Of a DNA stretch of 46,693 nucleotides, positions 36,963-46,693 are shown piece by piece. Source of the stretch: Pseudomonadota bacterium (GTDB lineage Bacteria > Desulfobacterota > Desulfobacteria > Desulfobacterales > JBDRRP01); contig JBDRRP010000041.1 of the NCBI GenBank assembly GCA_043825735.1, positions 62,001-108,693 of the forward strand, in the 5' to 3' direction. Below the pieces are notes generated by a model. It saw only the letters and a program-made list of their open reading frames with translations, was not told the DNA's origin and searched no databases. Positions within the stretch are counted from its first letter, which is position 1. Each line of letters begins with the position of its first letter. Both the position numbers and the translations under genes were made by a program.

Positions 36963-39105
36963 TCGGCATCCCGGGCAGCCACGGCGCCGCCGGATCGCTG
37001 TACGCGGCTTGCGTGCGGCCGTTGCCGCCATACTGCTGTGGGCGCTTGCGGCCACCGGAGCAATGGCTGCGCCGCCGCAGTGCCCCCACGAGATCGCCTT
37101 TACGGGAAACACCGCACTGAGCGATCGGGTGCTGAAAAAAGCGGCCGCCCAGGAGCTCACCGCGTTTGGCGAGAATGCCTGCCGGCGCGCGGACATCGAT
37201 GACGCCGCCTTCCAGATGGAAACGGCCTACCGCGCCAAGGGATATGCCTTTGCCGGCATCTATTACAATATCGCGCCCTCGCCGGAGACCACGGCGGTGA
37301 TCTTTGAGGTCACGGAAGGCCCTCAGGTCACCGTCGAAGCGGTTCGCCTTTCCGGCAATGCCCATATGGATGAACAGTCGCTGATGGCCATGTTCCACTG
37401 GCAGAACACTTCCGCTGGCGATTCCCCGATGCCGGTTTTCACCCAGGCCGAACTCGATGAGGCGATCTCCAGCATGGAAGCGGCCTATATCGCCAACGGC
37501 TTTCTCGATGTGGCCATCGCCGCGCCGACACTGGAATTCAGCGAAACGCGCAACCGGGTGACCGTTACAGCGACCATCACCGAGGGAACCCGATATGTCA
37601 TCAAAGAAATCCGGACAATCCTGGCGCCCGGCGCCAAACCGGCGGACTGCAGCCCCACGCTGTGCACGGAACTGATCGATCAGCCCTACTACCGGAGAAA
37701 AAAAGCCCTGCTGCGCAGCGCGCTGGTCAGCAGCTACCGCAACAGGGGCTATGCGTGGGCGGCGGTCGATGTCGCCGAAACCGACGGTAGCCATCCCGGG
37801 GACATTATCTTGACGGCCACCATCACACCCGGGCCTCAGGTTCGCATTGACGGTATCGTCATCAAGGGAAACACAAAAACCCGAGAGGCCTTCATTCGCA
37901 GTCGCATCCAACTGCGCCCGGAATCGCTTTACAGCGAAGAAAAAGAACGCGACAGTTTTCAGGAGCTCTACCGCACGGGGCTGTTTTCAACCATCGACAT
38001 GGATCTTGAACCCGCGGCAGAACACGACCGCGCCACCCTGGTCGTTACAGTGACCGAAGCGTCATTGACAGAACTTTACATAGAGCCCGGCTGGGGCTCC
38101 TATGAACTGCTGCGGCTCAAAGTCGGTGCCCGGCAACGGAACCTTTTTGGCACCGGCATCATTTTCAACCCCGAAGCCGCCGTTTCGGTGAAAGACGACC
38201 GCCTGACCCTGCGGCTCACCGACCCCTGGTTTTTGAACACGTCGCTGACCGCCGATCTTCCGGCGTATTACCACTACCGGGAAGAGCCCTCTTTTACCCG
38301 GAAAGACATCGGGTTCTCGGCGACCCTCTCAAGAGCCTTCGGTCATCATTGGAAGGGATCGGCTGGCTATGGCCTCAGGAAAACGGATATCACCGATCAG
38401 GCGACGCTGCAGCAGATCGACCCAGCGCCCACAAACTACGACCTGGGAAGCATGACCGTCCAGGCCACCCGCGACACCCGAAACGATATTTTTTTCCCCA
38501 CCAGCGGTCACCGGCTGTTTCTTGCCGCCGAGCACGCGGACAGCTTTTTCGGTAGCAGCATCACGCTGAGCCGTCTCACGGGCGGCTGGCGATATTTTCT
38601 TCCCGTCGCCAAGACAACCGTCATCGGCCTTCGCTACACCGGTGGCATCGTGCTGCCCGGGCCATCGGATGTGACGCTTCCCATATCGGAACTATTTTTC
38701 AACGGCGGGGGAAACAGCGTGCGCAGTTTCACGGAATCGCAACTGGGGCCGCGGGACACTAACGGCGATCCGGTGGGCGGCTACGGCTACAATACCGTCA
38801 ATGTGGAACTCCGCCAGCGGCTTTACGGCAATCTGATCGGCTCGGTCTTCTATGATGTGGGCAACGTATCGCCCAACCAGACGCGTGATGCACGGGGGCT
38901 TGCCCCCTACACCAGCAACACTGAAGTCATTTCCGACACCCTCGAAACCTTCTTTGAGGGATTTCGCTACGGCATCGGTGCTGGCCTGATGTACGTGCTG
39001 CCCATCGGCCCCCTGAGAGCCGATCTGGCATTCAACCCCGGCGCCGACACCGACCGTGGCGAAAGCGCCATGGTGTTTCACTTCAGTATCGGCGCGGCAT
39101 TCTAG
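36943..39105 (+). CDS. Omp85-family outer membrane protein (TamA/BamA-like); start uncertain
   Basis: POTRA repeats (GNTAL, GNAHM, GNTKT), FFNGGGNSVRSF, terminal FHFSIGAAF. Confidence 0.9.
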   Translation: MSSVCDNRHPGQPRRRRIAVRGLRAAVAAILLWALAATGAMAAPPQCPHEIAFTGNTALSDRVLKKAAAQELTAFGENACRRADIDDAAFQMETAYRAKGYAFAGIYYNIAPSPETTAVIFEVTEGPQVTVEAVRLSGNAHMDEQSLMAMFHWQNTSAGDSPMPVFTQAELDEAISSMEAAYIANGFLDVAIAAPTLEFSETRNRVTVTATITEGTRYVIKEIRTILAPGAKPADCSPTLCTELIDQPYYRRKKALLRSALVSSYRNRGYAWAAVDVAETDGSHPGDIILTATITPGPQVRIDGIVIKGNTKTREAFIRSRIQLRPESLYSEEKERDSFQELYRTGLFSTIDMDLEPAAEHDRATLVVTVTEASLTELYIEPGWGSYELLRLKVGARQRNLFGTGIIFNPEAAVSVKDDRLTLRLTDPWFLNTSLTADLPAYYHYREEPSFTRKDIGFSATLSRAFGHHWKGSAGYGLRKTDITDQATLQQIDPAPTNYDLGSMTVQATRDTRNDIFFPTSGHRLFLAAEHADSFFGSSITLSRLTGGWRYFLPVAKTTVIGLRYTGGIVLPGPSDVTLPISELFFNGGGNSVRSFTESQLGPRDTNGDPVGGYGYNTVNVELRQRLYGNLIGSVFYDVGNVSPNQTRDARGLAPYTSNTEVISDTLETFFEGFRYGIGAGLMYVLPIGPLRADLAFNPGADTDRGESAMVFHFSIGAAF

Positions 39106-39143
39106 ATGAATTGCGGGCCGGCGACAGCCGGCCCGCAATTCAT
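39106..39143. terminator. Perfect 17-bp hairpin between convergent genes (probable bidirectional terminator)
   Basis: ATGAATTGCGGGCCGGC-GACA-GCCGGCCCGCAATTCAT. Confidence 0.7.
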
Positions 39144-39148
39144 TTGGG

Positions 39149-40609
39149 TCAGTTCTCGATGCTCACTGCAACGTAGCCGGCGCGCGGCCGACGGAGCAGC
39201 ATCTCCACGGTGTCGGCCTTTTTGGCTTTAGCCACCAGACGCTTGAAATCCGCCAGGCTCGCCACCTTCTCGTGACCGATTTCCTTGACAACGTCGCCGG
39301 CATGAATGCCGGCATCTTCGGCTTTGCTGCCTTGGGCCACTTCAGTGATGAGCACTCCGGTCTCGCCCTCTTCCAGTCCCAGTCGTCTGGCAGTCTCCGG
39401 CTTGAGTTCGGTCACCTGAAGCCCCAGCTCTTCCCGGCTCTCTGGTATTCCGGTGGAAGCGCGCAGGGTGCCGTCGTCGCGCTTGCCAAGGGTAACGGTC
39501 TTTTGCATTGGCTTGCCGCCACGCAACAGCTCCAGCCGCGCCTTGCTGCCCACATCCAGACCGGCCACGGTCCTTGACAACTCCCGACTCGTCGACACAC
39601 TCTTGCCGTTCACCGACACGATGACATCGCCTTCACGAACGCCGGCCTTGTCGGCAGGATCGCCCTCGAAGACCTTGGATACCAGAACCCCGCTGTCGCC
39701 CTTGATCTTATAGTAGTCCTTCAATTCGGCGGAAAGATCCTGAATGCCGACGCCGAGCCAGCCGCGGGTCACTTCACCGCCGGTTTTCAGTTGGCTGATA
39801 ATATCACCGGCCATGCTGATGGGAATGGCAAAACCGATTCCTTGACCGCTGGCAACGATGGCCGTGTTGATACCCACCACCTGTCCGCTCATATTGATCA
39901 GTGGCCCGCCGCTGTTGCCCGGGTTGATGGAAGCGTCGGTCTGGATGAAATCATCGTAGGGACCCGAACCGATAATGCGCCCCTTGGCGCTGACGATACC
40001 GGCGGTCACCGTCTGCTCGAGGCCGAAGGGGCTGCCGATGGCAACCACCCAGGAGCCCACCTGAAGCGTGTCACTGTTTCCAAGCGGCAGGGGCACCAAG
40101 TCTTTAGCCCCCTCGATTTTGATCAGCGCCAGGTCGGTGTTTGGATCGCGCCCGACGATCGTCGCCTTGAATTCCTTTTCATTGGCGAGCTTGACCGTCA
40201 CTTCGTCGGCGCCTTCGATAACATGGTTGTTGGTGACGATGTAGCCGGCCTTGTCAATGATAAAACCGGAACCAAGGCTGCGCTGCTTAAAATCCCGGGA
40301 GGGGCCTTCCTCGAAGGGCCCGAAGAAATCCTTCGGCCCTTCCTCGTCGCCAAACGGGTTCGGTCCGCGACGGTTGAAAGGACCGAAAAAGTGCTCGAAT
40401 ACCCTGCCGCCGCCTTTTGTGATTTTGACGGTCCGGATGTTGACCACGGCAGGACGTGCCGCGTCCGCAATGGCGGTGAAACTGGCCGGCACCATCGGCA
40501 CCGGGACATCCGTTGGCGCGGCCAGAACCGCGTCAACCGGCACCATTGTCGCAAAGCCGGTCAATAGGATAATGGCTACTGCGGTCATCCATCGATTTGA
40601 AAATTTCAT
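39149..40609 (-). CDS. degP: DegP/DegQ (HtrA) serine protease with two PDZ domains
   Basis: GSGFII, TNNHV, DLAL, QTDASINPGNSGGPL; signal peptide. Confidence 0.93.
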   Translation of the reverse strand: MKFSNRWMTAVAIILLTGFATMVPVDAVLAAPTDVPVPMVPASFTAIADAARPAVVNIRTVKITKGGGRVFEHFFGPFNRRGPNPFGDEEGPKDFFGPFEEGPSRDFKQRSLGSGFIIDKAGYIVTNNHVIEGADEVTVKLANEKEFKATIVGRDPNTDLALIKIEGAKDLVPLPLGNSDTLQVGSWVVAIGSPFGLEQTVTAGIVSAKGRIIGSGPYDDFIQTDASINPGNSGGPLINMSGQVVGINTAIVASGQGIGFAIPISMAGDIISQLKTGGEVTRGWLGVGIQDLSAELKDYYKIKGDSGVLVSKVFEGDPADKAGVREGDVIVSVNGKSVSTSRELSRTVAGLDVGSKARLELLRGGKPMQKTVTLGKRDDGTLRASTGIPESREELGLQVTELKPETARRLGLEEGETGVLITEVAQGSKAEDAGIHAGDVVKEIGHEKVASLADFKRLVAKAKKADTVEMLLRRPRAGYVAVSIEN

Positions 40610-40695
40610 GTCGAGATCTCCTTCATTGGGTTAGGCTGATCAGTGTCTTTCATGCACACCATAACGCATCAACTTTACCCCAGCATGATCTCAAG

Positions 40696-40711
40696 ATTAC
40701 CGATTGGTAAT
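40696..40711. promoter_or_regulatory. OmpR-family (Cop/Cus-box-like) operator upstream of degP
   Basis: ATTAC-N6-GTAAT palindrome 87 nt upstream of the degP start, directly downstream of the two-component genes. Confidence 0.5.
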
Positions 40712-40717
40712 TAACAA

Positions 40718-42136
40718 CTATTTCTTCGGTCCGCTGCAGGGCAGGGTGACGGTGAAAGCGCTCCCGCGACCCGGCGCGCTGTCGACATGGATGGCGCCGC
40801 CGTGAGAGGTGGCGATCGCCTGCACCAGACTCAGACCCAATCCGGAACCGCTGTGGGTGCGACTCTGATCGCAGCGATAGAACCGTTTGAAGATATGGGG
40901 AAGATCCTGCGGGGAAATACCCACGCCGGTGTCAGCCACTGTAATAAAAACGGCGTCATCGCGGGTGGCACCGGTGGCGACGGTGACCGTGCCCCCGGTG
41001 GGGGTATACTGGAGGGCATTGTCCAGCAGATTGGCCACCATCCGCTGGACAAGACGCATATCCGCCACGCAGACCGCTGGCGCCGGGGCCTTGCAGTGCA
41101 GCGTGAGCCCCTTGTCTTCAGCACTGGGTGCCATCAAGTCACAGGCGTCCATTGCCACGACAGACAGGTCCACCGACTGGGCCTCCACGGGCGATACTCC
41201 GGCTTCGGTGCGTGAAATGACAAGCAGGGTGCTGATCAGACCCAAGAGGCGGTCGCATTCTTCCACCGTGCTGGCAGCCATGGCCTCAAATTCGGAGACC
41301 CCCGGTCGGGTGGTCAAGGTCACCTCTGCCAAGCCCCGTATTCGGGTGACCGGACTGCGCAAATCATGGGCAATGTTGTCGCTCATCTCCCGGGTACCGT
41401 TGACCAGGTCCTGTATCCGGTCGAGCATGGCATTGAACGTGATCGCCAACTGATCAATCTCATCTCCCCTGGGTTTCACCGGCACACGCCGATCGAGGGT
41501 GCCTGCCGCGATGGTCCGGGCGGTGCGGGTCACAGCGGTCACCCCGGCCAGTGCCCGTTGGGCCATGAACCACCCGATCAGTGCTGCAATGGCCAGCACA
41601 CCACCCGTAGTGAGCACGAAAATGCGCTTGAAGGCCGCCAGGAGCCGGTCGTAGGTTTCCATGGATTGCCCGACCTGGACAATGATACCGGGCCCGATAA
41701 ATTCATAGATGACGCGGACCCGGTGAATACGCCCCCGGGTCCTGACCGTTCGTCGAACGGCGCTGCCCCCTTCCAAAAGTTGACGGATGGCGCTGCTGTC
41801 CACGGTGATATGCTGCCAGTACGACATACTCGATGAAGAAAAAATTTCGCCGCCCGGGGCCAAAAACCGGTAAAACACCTGGGCCTCTCCGGCCGCCTGG
41901 GCGTCCAGTACGGCCGCCTCCTTCACGGCGTCGATACCTTTGAGCGCGTAAAGTGTGGAAAAGTGACTGATCTGCCGGGTTAGACCGCCATCCACACGTT
42001 CCTGGATGGCATCGGTGATAAGCAGGTAAAAGAGAAAGAACACAGCCGCGGCCATGACAGCGAACGTTCCCGCGTACCAGAGGGTCAGCCGAAAGGCCAG
42101 GGATCGGAAAAAACTAGGCAACCGGTCGAAGGACAT
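40718..42136 (-). CDS. HAMP-domain sensor histidine kinase (CusS-like)
   Basis: 2 TM, HAMP, AHDLRSP, NLLDNA, DTGVGI, GSGLGL. Confidence 0.95.
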   Translation of the reverse strand: MSFDRLPSFFRSLAFRLTLWYAGTFAVMAAAVFFLFYLLITDAIQERVDGGLTRQISHFSTLYALKGIDAVKEAAVLDAQAAGEAQVFYRFLAPGGEIFSSSSMSYWQHITVDSSAIRQLLEGGSAVRRTVRTRGRIHRVRVIYEFIGPGIIVQVGQSMETYDRLLAAFKRIFVLTTGGVLAIAALIGWFMAQRALAGVTAVTRTARTIAAGTLDRRVPVKPRGDEIDQLAITFNAMLDRIQDLVNGTREMSDNIAHDLRSPVTRIRGLAEVTLTTRPGVSEFEAMAASTVEECDRLLGLISTLLVISRTEAGVSPVEAQSVDLSVVAMDACDLMAPSAEDKGLTLHCKAPAPAVCVADMRLVQRMVANLLDNALQYTPTGGTVTVATGATRDDAVFITVADTGVGISPQDLPHIFKRFYRCDQSRTHSGSGLGLSLVQAIATSHGGAIHVDSAPGRGSAFTVTLPCSGPKK

Positions 42137-42791
42137 AGCCGACCCCGCGGATGGTGTGGATCAGTTTCTCATCAAAGCCCTTTTCGATTTTTTCCCGCAA
42201 ACGGCAGATGCGCGCCTCCACCACGTTGGTCTGCGGATCAAAATGATAGTCCCACACGTGCTCCATGATCATCGTCTTTGAGACCACTTTGTCAGCATTC
42301 CGCATGAGGTATTCCAGCAAAGCGAACTCGCGGGGCTGAAGATCGATCCGTCGATCTGCGCGGCGCACCTCGCGGGTGATCAGGTCGAGGGACAGGTCCG
42401 AAACAGTGAGCCGGGAAGGGTCAACGGAACCGCTGTTTCGGCGTATCAACGCCTGCACACGGGCCAGCAGCTCTGAAAACGCGAACGGCTTTGTGAGATA
42501 GTCATCGCCCCCGGTCTGAAGCCCGCGCACGCGGTCGTCAATCGTGTCTTTGGCGCTGAGAATGATAATGGGCGTGTTGATCCGCTCGGAGCGCAGCGCC
42601 TTGATGAGCGTCAGCCCGTCCATCTTGGGCAGCATGATATCGACAATTGCTGCGTCGTAGGGTTCTACCAGGGCCAGGTCGCGTCCGGCGACACCATCAG
42701 AGGCGTGATCCACGCTGCAGCCGGCCGCTTTCAACCCTTTGGTGATAAAAGAGGCGATCTTGAGGTCGTCTTCGATGAGCAGTATGCGCAT
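42114..42791 (-). CDS. OmpR-family response regulator (CusR-like)
   Basis: MRILLIEDD, DIMLPKMDG, DDYLTKPF, TIRGVGY. Confidence 0.95.
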   Translation of the reverse strand: MRILLIEDDLKIASFITKGLKAAGCSVDHASDGVAGRDLALVEPYDAAIVDIMLPKMDGLTLIKALRSERINTPIIILSAKDTIDDRVRGLQTGGDDYLTKPFAFSELLARVQALIRRNSGSVDPSRLTVSDLSLDLITREVRRADRRIDLQPREFALLEYLMRNADKVVSKTMIMEHVWDYHFDPQTNVVEARICRLREKIEKGFDEKLIHTIRGVGYVLRPVA

Positions 42792-43194
42792 GGTCGTCCG
42801 CGTTGAGCGGCGACGGACAATCCCGTCGCAGCAGTGCGCTGCGCCCCTGATGTCAGATCCCGACGACAAGGGCGGCGCAATGGCCAATCAATGCCTGACG
42901 CCTGATCCAAGCCCCGGCAAGAGCGGAAATGCCGGCCAGCGTCAGAGCCATGTCAATCCAGAGCGATCGTCGATCGTTTCTGCAATATAGGAAAAGGGAC
43001 GCGCAGATGCAAGCCACCCGTGGCATAGACACCGCAATATGCCCTGGGGCAATCATCGCCGTGTATCCGATGGGCTCCGACGTGGGCATCACGCCCAAGC
43101 GCGATATTGACAGCCGCCTTCACGGCTGCTAACAAGAACAATTACCATTTAGATAGTTATCTTGGTTTGATTTTTCTAAATTTCGGCATTTCAA

Positions 43195-43662
43195 ATGACA
43201 ATTGTGACCAAACCCATTGCAACAGCCGCCTATCGCATGACCAAACAGCGCCAGGTCATCCTTGATGTGATCCGCGCTTCGCAGGCTCACCCCAGTGCTG
43301 ATGAGGTTTACTCAATGGTCCGCACACAATTGCCGCGGATCAGCCTCGGAACCGTATACCGCAATCTTGAAATATTGACGGAGCAGGGAAAAATACAACG
43401 GTTGGAGCTGAGCGGAACTGCAAAACGCTATGACTGGAATCCTAACAAACACTACCATATTCGGTGTATGCACTGTGGCCGTATGGACGATGCGCCGGTG
43501 GCACCCCTGGACCGCATCGAAAACGAACTTTACGGGGCAACGGTATTTACGATTATCGGCCACCGTCTCGAATTTGAGGGGTTTTGCCCTGAATGCACCA
43601 AACGCCTACCGCTCGACCAATTCCCCACCGCGGATATGTCGTTAGAGCCTCAGGATCTATAG
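43195..43662 (+). CDS. Fur-family transcriptional regulator
   Basis: RMTKQR, HPSADEVY, TVYRNL, HYHIRCMHCG, CPEC. Confidence 0.92.
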   Translation: MTIVTKPIATAAYRMTKQRQVILDVIRASQAHPSADEVYSMVRTQLPRISLGTVYRNLEILTEQGKIQRLELSGTAKRYDWNPNKHYHIRCMHCGRMDDAPVAPLDRIENELYGATVFTIIGHRLEFEGFCPECTKRLPLDQFPTADMSLEPQDL

Positions 43663-43670
43663 GAACCGAA

Positions 43671-44183
43671 TCAGGCTGTCTGGCTTCTTTTCCCCTGCCG
43701 CAGTTCAGCCACTTCATTTCTAAGAGCAACCAGCTCCTTCGTGGTGACCCGTAGCCGGTATGCAAGGATTTCTGAAAACCCGCGAAAAACCATGTAGCGG
43801 AAAAGAAAGAGATTATCTCCGGCTCCCGCTTCCAGTTCCGATATATCCAATTCCACGCAAAGGGTTTCTCCCAGTGCAACCACCGATGCCGTACGTGCCC
43901 CTCCTTCAATGGCACCGATTTCGCCGAAAACATCCCCGGTTCGCTGGAGCACCATGAGCTCTTTTCGGTCTTTGACAATCTTTACTTTACCGCTGATGAG
44001 GTAATACACCCGCCGGCCATGCACGCCTTCCTCAAAAATGAGATCCCCTTCTCCAAATCGGCGGATTCGACTCATTCGAAGCAAGGCCCGAAGCTCGGCC
44101 TTTCCAAAAGATTTCAGGGCTGGAATTTGTAACAATCGCCGGATGAGTTCGTCATTGTCCTTCAACAGATCCTCGGTCATCAT
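43671..44183 (-). CDS. Cyclic nucleotide-binding domain protein
   Basis: IFEEG, LISGKVKI, GDVFGEIG...RTASV. Confidence 0.85.
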   Translation of the reverse strand: MMTEDLLKDNDELIRRLLQIPALKSFGKAELRALLRMSRIRRFGEGDLIFEEGVHGRRVYYLISGKVKIVKDRKELMVLQRTGDVFGEIGAIEGGARTASVVALGETLCVELDISELEAGAGDNLFLFRYMVFRGFSEILAYRLRVTTKELVALRNEVAELRQGKRSQTA

Positions 44184-44205
44184 CACCGCCTTTTCTCCAT
44201 TTTCG

Positions 44206-44721
44206 TCATGCCGGGTTCTCTTTAACGCCTTGGCGGCATTCATCGAGCCGTCGAGAGGCATCAACCACCAACTGCAGGGTGTTGAGTTTCACCACGACCA
44301 TCCAGCTCAGGTTGATATGCGTGTCGTTGTAGCTAAACTCACCGTCATCCCATAAAAACAGGTTGTAAATGATTTCCTCAACCTGTTTATATATGTAGCG
44401 CTCAAGGATTTCGATAGGAATGACACCCTCCTCTACGAGGATACGGCCCACCGCCTGTTTCTTAACGCGGGCAATGGCCAGGCATTTGTCCATCTGAGCG
44501 GAAGTGGCCAGGCCGTCCCGGATCAACAACGTCCCCAGACGGGCCTCTTTTTTAGATTGGATGGCGTAGATGATGGCGCCGTCGAGATAATAAATCTGGT
44601 ACTCTTCATTTTGACCTCTGAGAGTCACCCGCAGGATACCCGATTTGTTTTCGCGGCACAGCAACTGAAGAATCCCAGCGAGAGAAACCGTTCGAATGTG
44701 TCCATTGAGCGCCATTGTCAT
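44206..44721 (-). CDS. DUF4388 domain protein
   Basis: LNGHIRTVSLAGILQLL...KSGIL...G.IIYA...RLGTLL...WDDGEFSY. Confidence 0.8.
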   Translation of the reverse strand: MTMALNGHIRTVSLAGILQLLCRENKSGILRVTLRGQNEEYQIYYLDGAIIYAIQSKKEARLGTLLIRDGLATSAQMDKCLAIARVKKQAVGRILVEEGVIPIEILERYIYKQVEEIIYNLFLWDDGEFSYNDTHINLSWMVVVKLNTLQLVVDASRRLDECRQGVKENPA

Positions 44722-45416
44722 TCCTTACCAATGCCAGAATTGGTGAACGAGCGGCGGGATCCCTTAATCGCCAAGTAGCGCCGGGCAGGGGCGAAGTCGT
44801 CGTTGGGACGGGTAACGACCAATGTCACGGCAACAGTTGATTGCGAGGTTATTTATAATGTGATCGACGATACCATGACTTAAAAGTGAACCCCGACACC
44901 ATAACGAATTTTGTTTTTGATGTCAAAATATGGCAGCGCAGGCTGATGCATCCTACCCGAATCGTGAATCCCAATCCTAAGAACGCTCTAAGACCGCACT
45001 GCAATCCCTCCTTATCGCTGTCACAACCAGTGATTGCCATCCACAAATGGGCTGTCTCATAAAGGCCGTGGTGCGATACACAAGTGCCCATTCGGGAACA
45101 CTTTATCGGATTATCCACACGGCCAGGCTCTCACTGCAGGATTCATTTAATATTCGACCGCCAACAAATTTATCACAGATAGTAATTCTTCCGAGAATAC
45201 GCGATAAAAGCGCCGCTTACACCGAACATTGTAGTGGTTTTCAAGGCGCACCAACAAATTTTGGAGAATCCATCCAGCCCTTACTATTTGTATACGTCAC
45301 CGCTGAGGCCCTGTTTTGTTGGATTTTGATGAAATAATCAGAAGGCTGGCCAAAAAATGGGGACCTTATTCCCTACTTTTACGGAGATTAAAAAATTTGA
45401 TAGCAATTGCCGGAAA

Positions 45417-45432
45417 TGGCACAAATTTTGCT
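45417..45432 (+). promoter_or_regulatory. Sigma-54 promoter
   Basis: TGGCACAAATTTTGCT, near-perfect TGGCAC-N5-TTGCW, ~95 nt upstream of ATG 45528. Confidence 0.75.
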
Positions 45433-45527
45433 TTGTTCAGATAATGAATTATATTTATTGGCGTCCCTTTTTGGCCCATTGCAAAGGCTCCACACACGCT
45501 CATCCTTAATAAATTAAAGGAGGCGAT

Positions 45528-45743
45528 ATGTACACAAGACCAGCTACCCCAGCAGCATTTGATTTCGAGTTAGGAAGCCTGATGGAAAGCCCTTGTAAAC
45601 GATGCCATATGAAAGCCTGTCTTCCGGAATGCACCGATGGCTGCAAGCTACTCGATTCTATACAGAAATTACTTGCAGGCGGTATTTCAAGTGTTAAAAG
45701 TTACTCGCCCTGCGAGTCATATTCGCTGCTAATCGGCGATTAA
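45528..45743 (+). CDS. Small Cys-rich hypothetical protein
   Basis: Strong AAGGAGG RBS; SPCKRC..KACLPEC..GC. Confidence 0.7.
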   Translation: MYTRPATPAAFDFELGSLMESPCKRCHMKACLPECTDGCKLLDSIQKLLAGGISSVKSYSPCESYSLLIGD

Positions 45744-46098
45744 GCAGCCAGCAGCCGTTCCGAACTCTTGGCAATCGTTAATCCGTTGTAGAATCGGATC
45801 TTCCGATCCTATTGTGGAGATCCGCTCATTAACCCCGCGACACGACTTGTCGGTGATTTCAAGTCGTACAAAGGCCGGTATTCCATTCTGGCGCGTGTCA
45901 ATCCAACTGTCGCCTTAGCGTTTTCAGGTCTCCCGCGGTGCGTTCCGCCGTGTTGATATAAAGCACCGGGGCCCACCTCCCCACAATGGTAGCACGCCAC
46001 TGCCGCCCACCTCTGGCAATTATACTGACAATGCATATAATTATTAGACGCTGAAAGCCTTTTTTAAGAAATGCTCCCCACAACAACGCTGAGGATAT

Positions 46099-46552
46099 AT
46101 GGATCCACAGTTTAAAACACTTATGGAACAGATCGGCACGGTCGTTCTCGGTAAGAACCGTCAGATTCGTCTCGCGATGGCCTGCCTATTTGCCAGTGGC
46201 CACCTACTCATTGAGGATCTGCCGGGAATCGGCAAGACGACCCTGGCAAAGGTATTGTCCAAATGCCTTGGGCTTAAGTTCCAGCGCATTCAGTGCACCA
46301 GCGACATGCTTCCCGGAGATATCCTCGGAGTATCGATTTTTGACAGAAAATCCAGTGGTTTCAATTTTCACTCCGGTCCGATTTTTACCCAGGTATTGCT
46401 GGCCGACGAAATAAACCGTGCAACTCCAAAAACCCAAAGCGCTCTTTTAGAGGCCATGGAAGAACGTCAGGTGACCATCGACGGCAAGACGCGCCCCTTG
46501 CCACTGCCGTTTTATGTCATTGCCACGCAGAATCCACAGGAACAGTCAGGCA
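46099..46552 (+). pseudogene. moxR: MoxR-family AAA+ ATPase, interrupted after ~151 codons (absent from ORF track)
   Basis: Manual translation GHLLIEDLPGIGKTTLA, RIQCTSDMLPGD, LLADEINRATPKTQSALLEAMEE, IATQNPQEQSG; then loses the expected TFPLPE.QLDRF. Confidence 0.88.
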
Positions 46553-46693
46553 TGTCAATGATCGCCATATACGAGCCACCCATGATCGCCGTAATGGAGC
46601 CAGTTGAAAGCGGCCAAAAAACGGTTCTCGGACCGGCTTCAAACTATGGTTTTTCACCCCCTTTCAAACGGTCGTTTTTCACTGGTTTGGAAG
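46553..46693. mobile_element. End of an IS21-family-like insertion sequence (partial)
   Basis: Begins TGTCA exactly where MoxR homology stops; tandem 21-nt repeats ATGATCGCCATATACGAGCCA (46558-78) and ATGATCGCCGTAATGGAGCCA (46582-602). Confidence 0.72.

Noticed and set aside
42853..43141. Small ORFs and a GG-N10-GC motif (43021) between the response regulator and fur
   Set aside because: No RBS or family motif; the -12 element is a poor match, so not supportable
43150..43165. AGATAGTTATCT as a Fur/PerR autoregulatory box
   Set aside because: Only a short imperfect palindrome in AT-rich DNA; insufficient without comparative data

Overview
High-GC chromosomal window whose gene content (HdrA, MetF-like, several sigma-54 promoters, DUF4388, DUF5989/SxtJ/carbamoyltransferase) suggests an anaerobic deltaproteobacterium (Desulfobacterales-like; inference). 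It is mostly housekeeping and accessory genes separated by many short palindromic repeats. The most notable feature is an island at ~22.48-25.77 kb: an integrase-less integron cassette array (CALIN) with two attC sites. The array carries a two-gene pnuC + nadR-like NAD-salvage cassette. Its attC is split at the canonical TTGT/T site by a 290-nt ORF-less group IIC-attC intron derivative on the bottom strand. An inverted vapBC module, a RAYT transposase fragment and a REP/MITE-like element follow. Other points of interest: a sigma-54-driven tusA-like/metF-like/hdrA operon whose TusA and MetF lack canonical residues; an sxtJ/sxtK/sxtI-like carbamoyltransferase module; a tandem CDP-alcohol phosphotransferase; and a moxR gene broken by an IS21-like end at the right edge. 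All calls come from reading the sequence by eye; no database searches were run.
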